A DNA stretch of 64,000 nucleotides from Longimicrobiales bacterium (GTDB taxonomy: Bacteria > Gemmatimonadota > Gemmatimonadetes > Longimicrobiales > Gaopeijiaceae). A program made the position numbers and the translations under genes. Positions within the stretch are counted from its first letter, which is position 1; each line of letters opens with the position of its first letter. Where the stretch lies: NCBI GenBank assembly GCA_963664435.2, contig CAXXKM010000002.1, positions 832,001 to 896,000 of the forward strand, given 5' to 3'. The notes under the pieces are model-generated. The model saw only the letters and a list, made by a program, of their open reading frames with translations, did not search any database and was not told the origin of the DNA. Below, piece after piece: positions 61,230-64,000 of this stretch.

Positions 61230-62080
61230 CTACCCCCTCCTCCAGAACGGCGCGATGAAGTGTCCCTTGCGCCCGGCCTTCACCAGGAACCAGACCCCGG
61301 TCCCCATCCCCAGCGCCAGCGCGAAGATCGACGCCTCCACCCCGAACTCCCCGCCCGAAAGCAGCGTGGGGCCGCTCAGCTGCGACTCCAGCAGGCCGTC
61401 CACCGTGATCCCCGACATGCGCACGCCGAAGATGCCGCCCTGGGTGAAGTTCCAGGCGAAGTGGATGCCGACCGCGAGCCAGAGCCGCCGGGTGAGGACG
61501 TAGGCGGCGCCCAGCAGCACACCGGCCTCCATGGCGATCGCGAACGAGCTGAACAGCGTCGCGTTGGGGTTCATTATGTGCGCGAACCCGAACAGCAGCG
61601 AGGTGAGCGCCAGGGCGATCCAGGTGCCCAGGCTCTCCTCGACGATCCGGAACAGCACCCCGCGGAAGAGGACCTCCTCCACGTACCCGGAGATGATGGC
61701 CATGGCGAACGCCGGCATAATCACGCTCACGGGGTTCGACCCGGTGACCTCGTAGTATCCCAGCACCGCGATGATGGTGATGCTCGCAGCCAGCAGGCCC
61801 GCACCGACCGCAATCCCGGCACCCGTCTCGCGCACCGCCCCCTTCCCGGCCAGCTCACTGGCCCGGCGCCGCTCCACCAGGCGCACGTAGCCGATGTATG
61901 CGAAGTGAACCGCAATCACCAGCGGGATGACGTACAGGAGGGTGTCCCTGCGCAGCGGGCCGGCGCGCAGACCGCCCAGCACGCCCCCGAGGACCGCCTG
62001 GACCACGACCGTGGCGGCCAGGATGGCCAGCGTTGCCAGAACGATCCGGGTGAGCCCGAACTGGAGGATGCGGTGACCCA
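61230..62080 (-). CDS. CPBP (CAAX/Abi) intramembrane metalloprotease; native start replaced by the IME end
   Basis: EEVLFRG, FGFAH, HFAWN; frame stays open into the element end up to GTG 62105. Confidence 0.88.
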
Positions 62081-64000
62081 GCGGATTGGAGATAGCTGAA
62101 ATCACGGCGGGAGATCGTCTAAAGTCATACGGGACTGCACGATCTGCGCTTTCCGTCGTTGAGCTTCATTCGAACGCGTCGTTCCCAATTGGCCGGATTC
62201 ACGGGGTCGATTTGCGGGAGTCCGGCGGGTTGTTTCGACACCATCCAACGGCCTCTCGGGCGGGATACATGGTCGGCTTCAGAACACAAGATCGACTCCG
62301 AGTCTGAGGCCGAGGCCCTGGGGTTGTCCGGGCATGAGCGTTCGCGAGCCTTCGGCACCGATTCTGAGCGTCCGGTTGACGCGGTATCCGGTGCCGAGGA
62401 CCAACGAGCGGGCTTGTGCGCCGGTCGAGAGTCGCGTGTAGCCGTCGAGCGCGCCGCCCGTGCGCGAGTCCTTGAGGGCGTACCCGGCTTCGGCGTCGAG
62501 CCTCCATGGCCGCCCGTCGTGTCCCGCCGCCGGAGCCATGCCCTGGAACGTGCGTCCGTCCATGAGTCCGTGGATGCCGACTTGGTCATGCCCGTGGACG
62601 GGGCTGATCGCGAGCCTGAACCCTTCGCCGCGTGTACCGGGATCGAACGCGAGCCGGAGCGCGGCGCCCCATTCGCGGTGGCCCTCGGACCCGAGGGCGA
62701 GCCTGCCACGCAGGTCGAGGTCGAGTCCGCGGCCGGCATAGCCGATCGAGGCTCCGGTCTCGGCGCCACCGCCCGTGTCGGCGTCGCCCGCGTCGTAGCG
62801 GGCTCCGGCCTGGGTGGCGAGCTTAAGGCCACCGGCGGTCCATGACGCTTCGAGGAGCGCGCGTGCGCGCGATGCCGAGCCCTCGCGGTCGCCTTCTGCG
62901 GCGCGCATGCCGACGGTGAACGCGTCGCCGGTGAGCGCGAGGCCGAACGCGCCGCTCCGCGCGAGCGGCACCCTGACGCCGCCGGAGAGCATGCGGAGGG
63001 TGGCGCCGGAGTCGCCGCCCCGGTTCTCGTCGTGCACGTCCCCGCTTCCGTATCCGGCCATGGCCCAGAGCCCGATCCCCGGCGAGAGCCGGAGGAACAG
63101 GTAGGGGTGCACGCTGTTCATGGCGTGGCCGAGCGAGCCGTCCGCGGAGCGGCGCGCGTAGTCGAGTTCGCCGTCGCTGCGCATGAGGGACACGCCGATG
63201 AGTGCGGAGGATCCGATGCGTGCGTCGGCCCCGACGCTGAGCGCGCGAAGGCCGCCGTCGTATCTGGTGCCGGGCTCGCCGCGGAACGATTGTGCCGAGC
63301 CCTCGGCCCAGAGGCCGAACCGTGTCCGTGTTCCGGCCGCTTCCTGGCCGAGTCCGGTCGCGAACGAGACGCTCGGCAGCAGTCGCCGTGCGGCCTCGCG
63401 CGCGGTGGGGAGTTCGAGCGATTCGGAGCGGCGGGCCATGTCGGCGGGTGAGGACACGCCGAGCGGCAAGCCGGAGAGCGAGGCGAGGGTGCCGGCTGCG
63501 CGGCCCACCCATTCGGCCGCGGATCCGGGCGCGGCGGTGCCGGAGCCGCCCCGCTCCGGCCGCATGACGGCGTCGAAGCGTCCGCCGACCGCTTGCCGCG
63601 CGCCTTCGGCCACGGCGCGCCCGAACACGGCGAGCCCGACATCGAACGCCTCGTCGTGAAGCGCTCCGTCGTCGTGCGCCGCGATGTCGAGGGTGGCGGA
63701 CGCGACCGTTCCCGTGCTCACGGCCTCGGGCAGGGTGCCGAGCCCGAGCGCGAGGCGACCGGGCGCGGCCCCGGCCGGTATGTCGAGCGTGAGCGTGACG
63801 AGCGAATCTCCGGGCTCGAAGACGACCGGATCCGCGACGAGGAGAACACCGGCATCGGCGTCGAACGGCTCTTCGTCCATGCGCACCGCCGTGACGGGCA
63901 CGGCCACGAGCCGGTCGGCAGCCGGGCTGATCCTGAGCGTGATCCCGGTGCCGGGTCCGCCCGCGACCGCCGTGTACGCGGTCTCGACGTACTCGACCGC
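62074..64000 (+). mobile_element. IME E, distal end and start of cargo (continues off the window)
   Basis: GCGGAT 62081; ATCACGGC 62101; box 62135-62149; GCGGGAGTC 62214-62222. Confidence 0.7.
62279..64000 (-). CDS. Autotransporter-domain outer-membrane protein, C-terminal part
   Basis: Amphipathic beta-strands (LWAEGS, LSVGAD, VHPY, LDAEAGY); terminal Phe; ORF appears to start beyond the window. Confidence 0.8.
   Translation of the reverse strand, partial: AVEYVETAYTAVAGGPGTGITLRISPAADRLVAVPVTAVRMDEEPFDADAGVLLVADPVVFEPGDSLVTLTLDIPAGAAPGRLALGLGTLPEAVSTGTVASATLDIAAHDDGALHDEAFDVGLAVFGRAVAEGARQAVGGRFDAVMRPERGGSGTAAPGSAAEWVGRAAGTLASLSGLPLGVSSPADMARRSESLELPTAREAARRLLPSVSFATGLGQEAAGTRTRFGLWAEGSAQSFRGEPGTRYDGGLRALSVGADARIGSSALIGVSLMRSDGELDYARRSADGSLGHAMNSVHPYLFLRLSPGIGLWAMAGYGSGDVHDENRGGDSGATLRMLSGGVRVPLARSGAFGLALTGDAFTVGMRAAEGDREGSASRARALLEASWTAGGLKLATQAGARYDAGDADTGGGAETGASIGYAGRGLDLDLRGRLALGSEGHREWGAALRLAFDPGTRGEGFRLAISPVHGHDQVGIHGLMDGRTFQGMAPAAGHDGRPWRLDAEAGYALKDSRTGGALDGYTRLSTGAQARSLVLGTGYRVNRTLRIGAEGSRTLMPGQPQGLGLRLGVDLVF

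Noticed and set aside
1..64000. tRNA, rRNA or CRISPR loci as integration targets
   Set aside because: None recognised; the mapped element junctions fall in coding genes, gene remnants or an integrase leader.

Overview
A GC-rich bacterial accessory and defence region built from nested copies of one family of tyrosine-integrase integrative mobilizable elements (IMEs). Reading the ends by eye gives five elements. A runs from before the window to 11133. B (121-7147) is inserted in the leader of A's integrase. C (about 11.5-45.3 kb) has a truncated integrase. D (23260-39245) is nested in C and splits an MmeI-like restriction-modification gene. E starts near 62074 and runs off the window. The elements share end motifs at fixed spacing from a 7-bp crossover core, but the core sequence differs between elements. 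A 15-bp box (CTGCACGATCTGCGC) occurs nine times. Mobilisation modules are of two kinds: ColE1-like mbeCABD (B, C) and mobC plus relaxase (D, remnant in A). Cargo includes a SNF2 helicase/DUF1156/DUF499 restriction-like system with an embedded PIN gene pair, a frameshifted GmrSD-type gene, NYN, HNH and HEPN proteins, and an IS110 whose bridge-RNA guide segments match its own target and donor junctions. Outside the IMEs are a DRT4-like reverse transcriptase with an N-terminal Zn-ribbon extension, a sce7726/sce7725 pair, a zinc metalloprotease, VapBC, ArsR/VOC, a TIGR04255 triad, a CPBP protease and an autotransporter-domain gene. I saw no rRNA, tRNA or CRISPR array. All family assignments come from motif recognition, not database searches.
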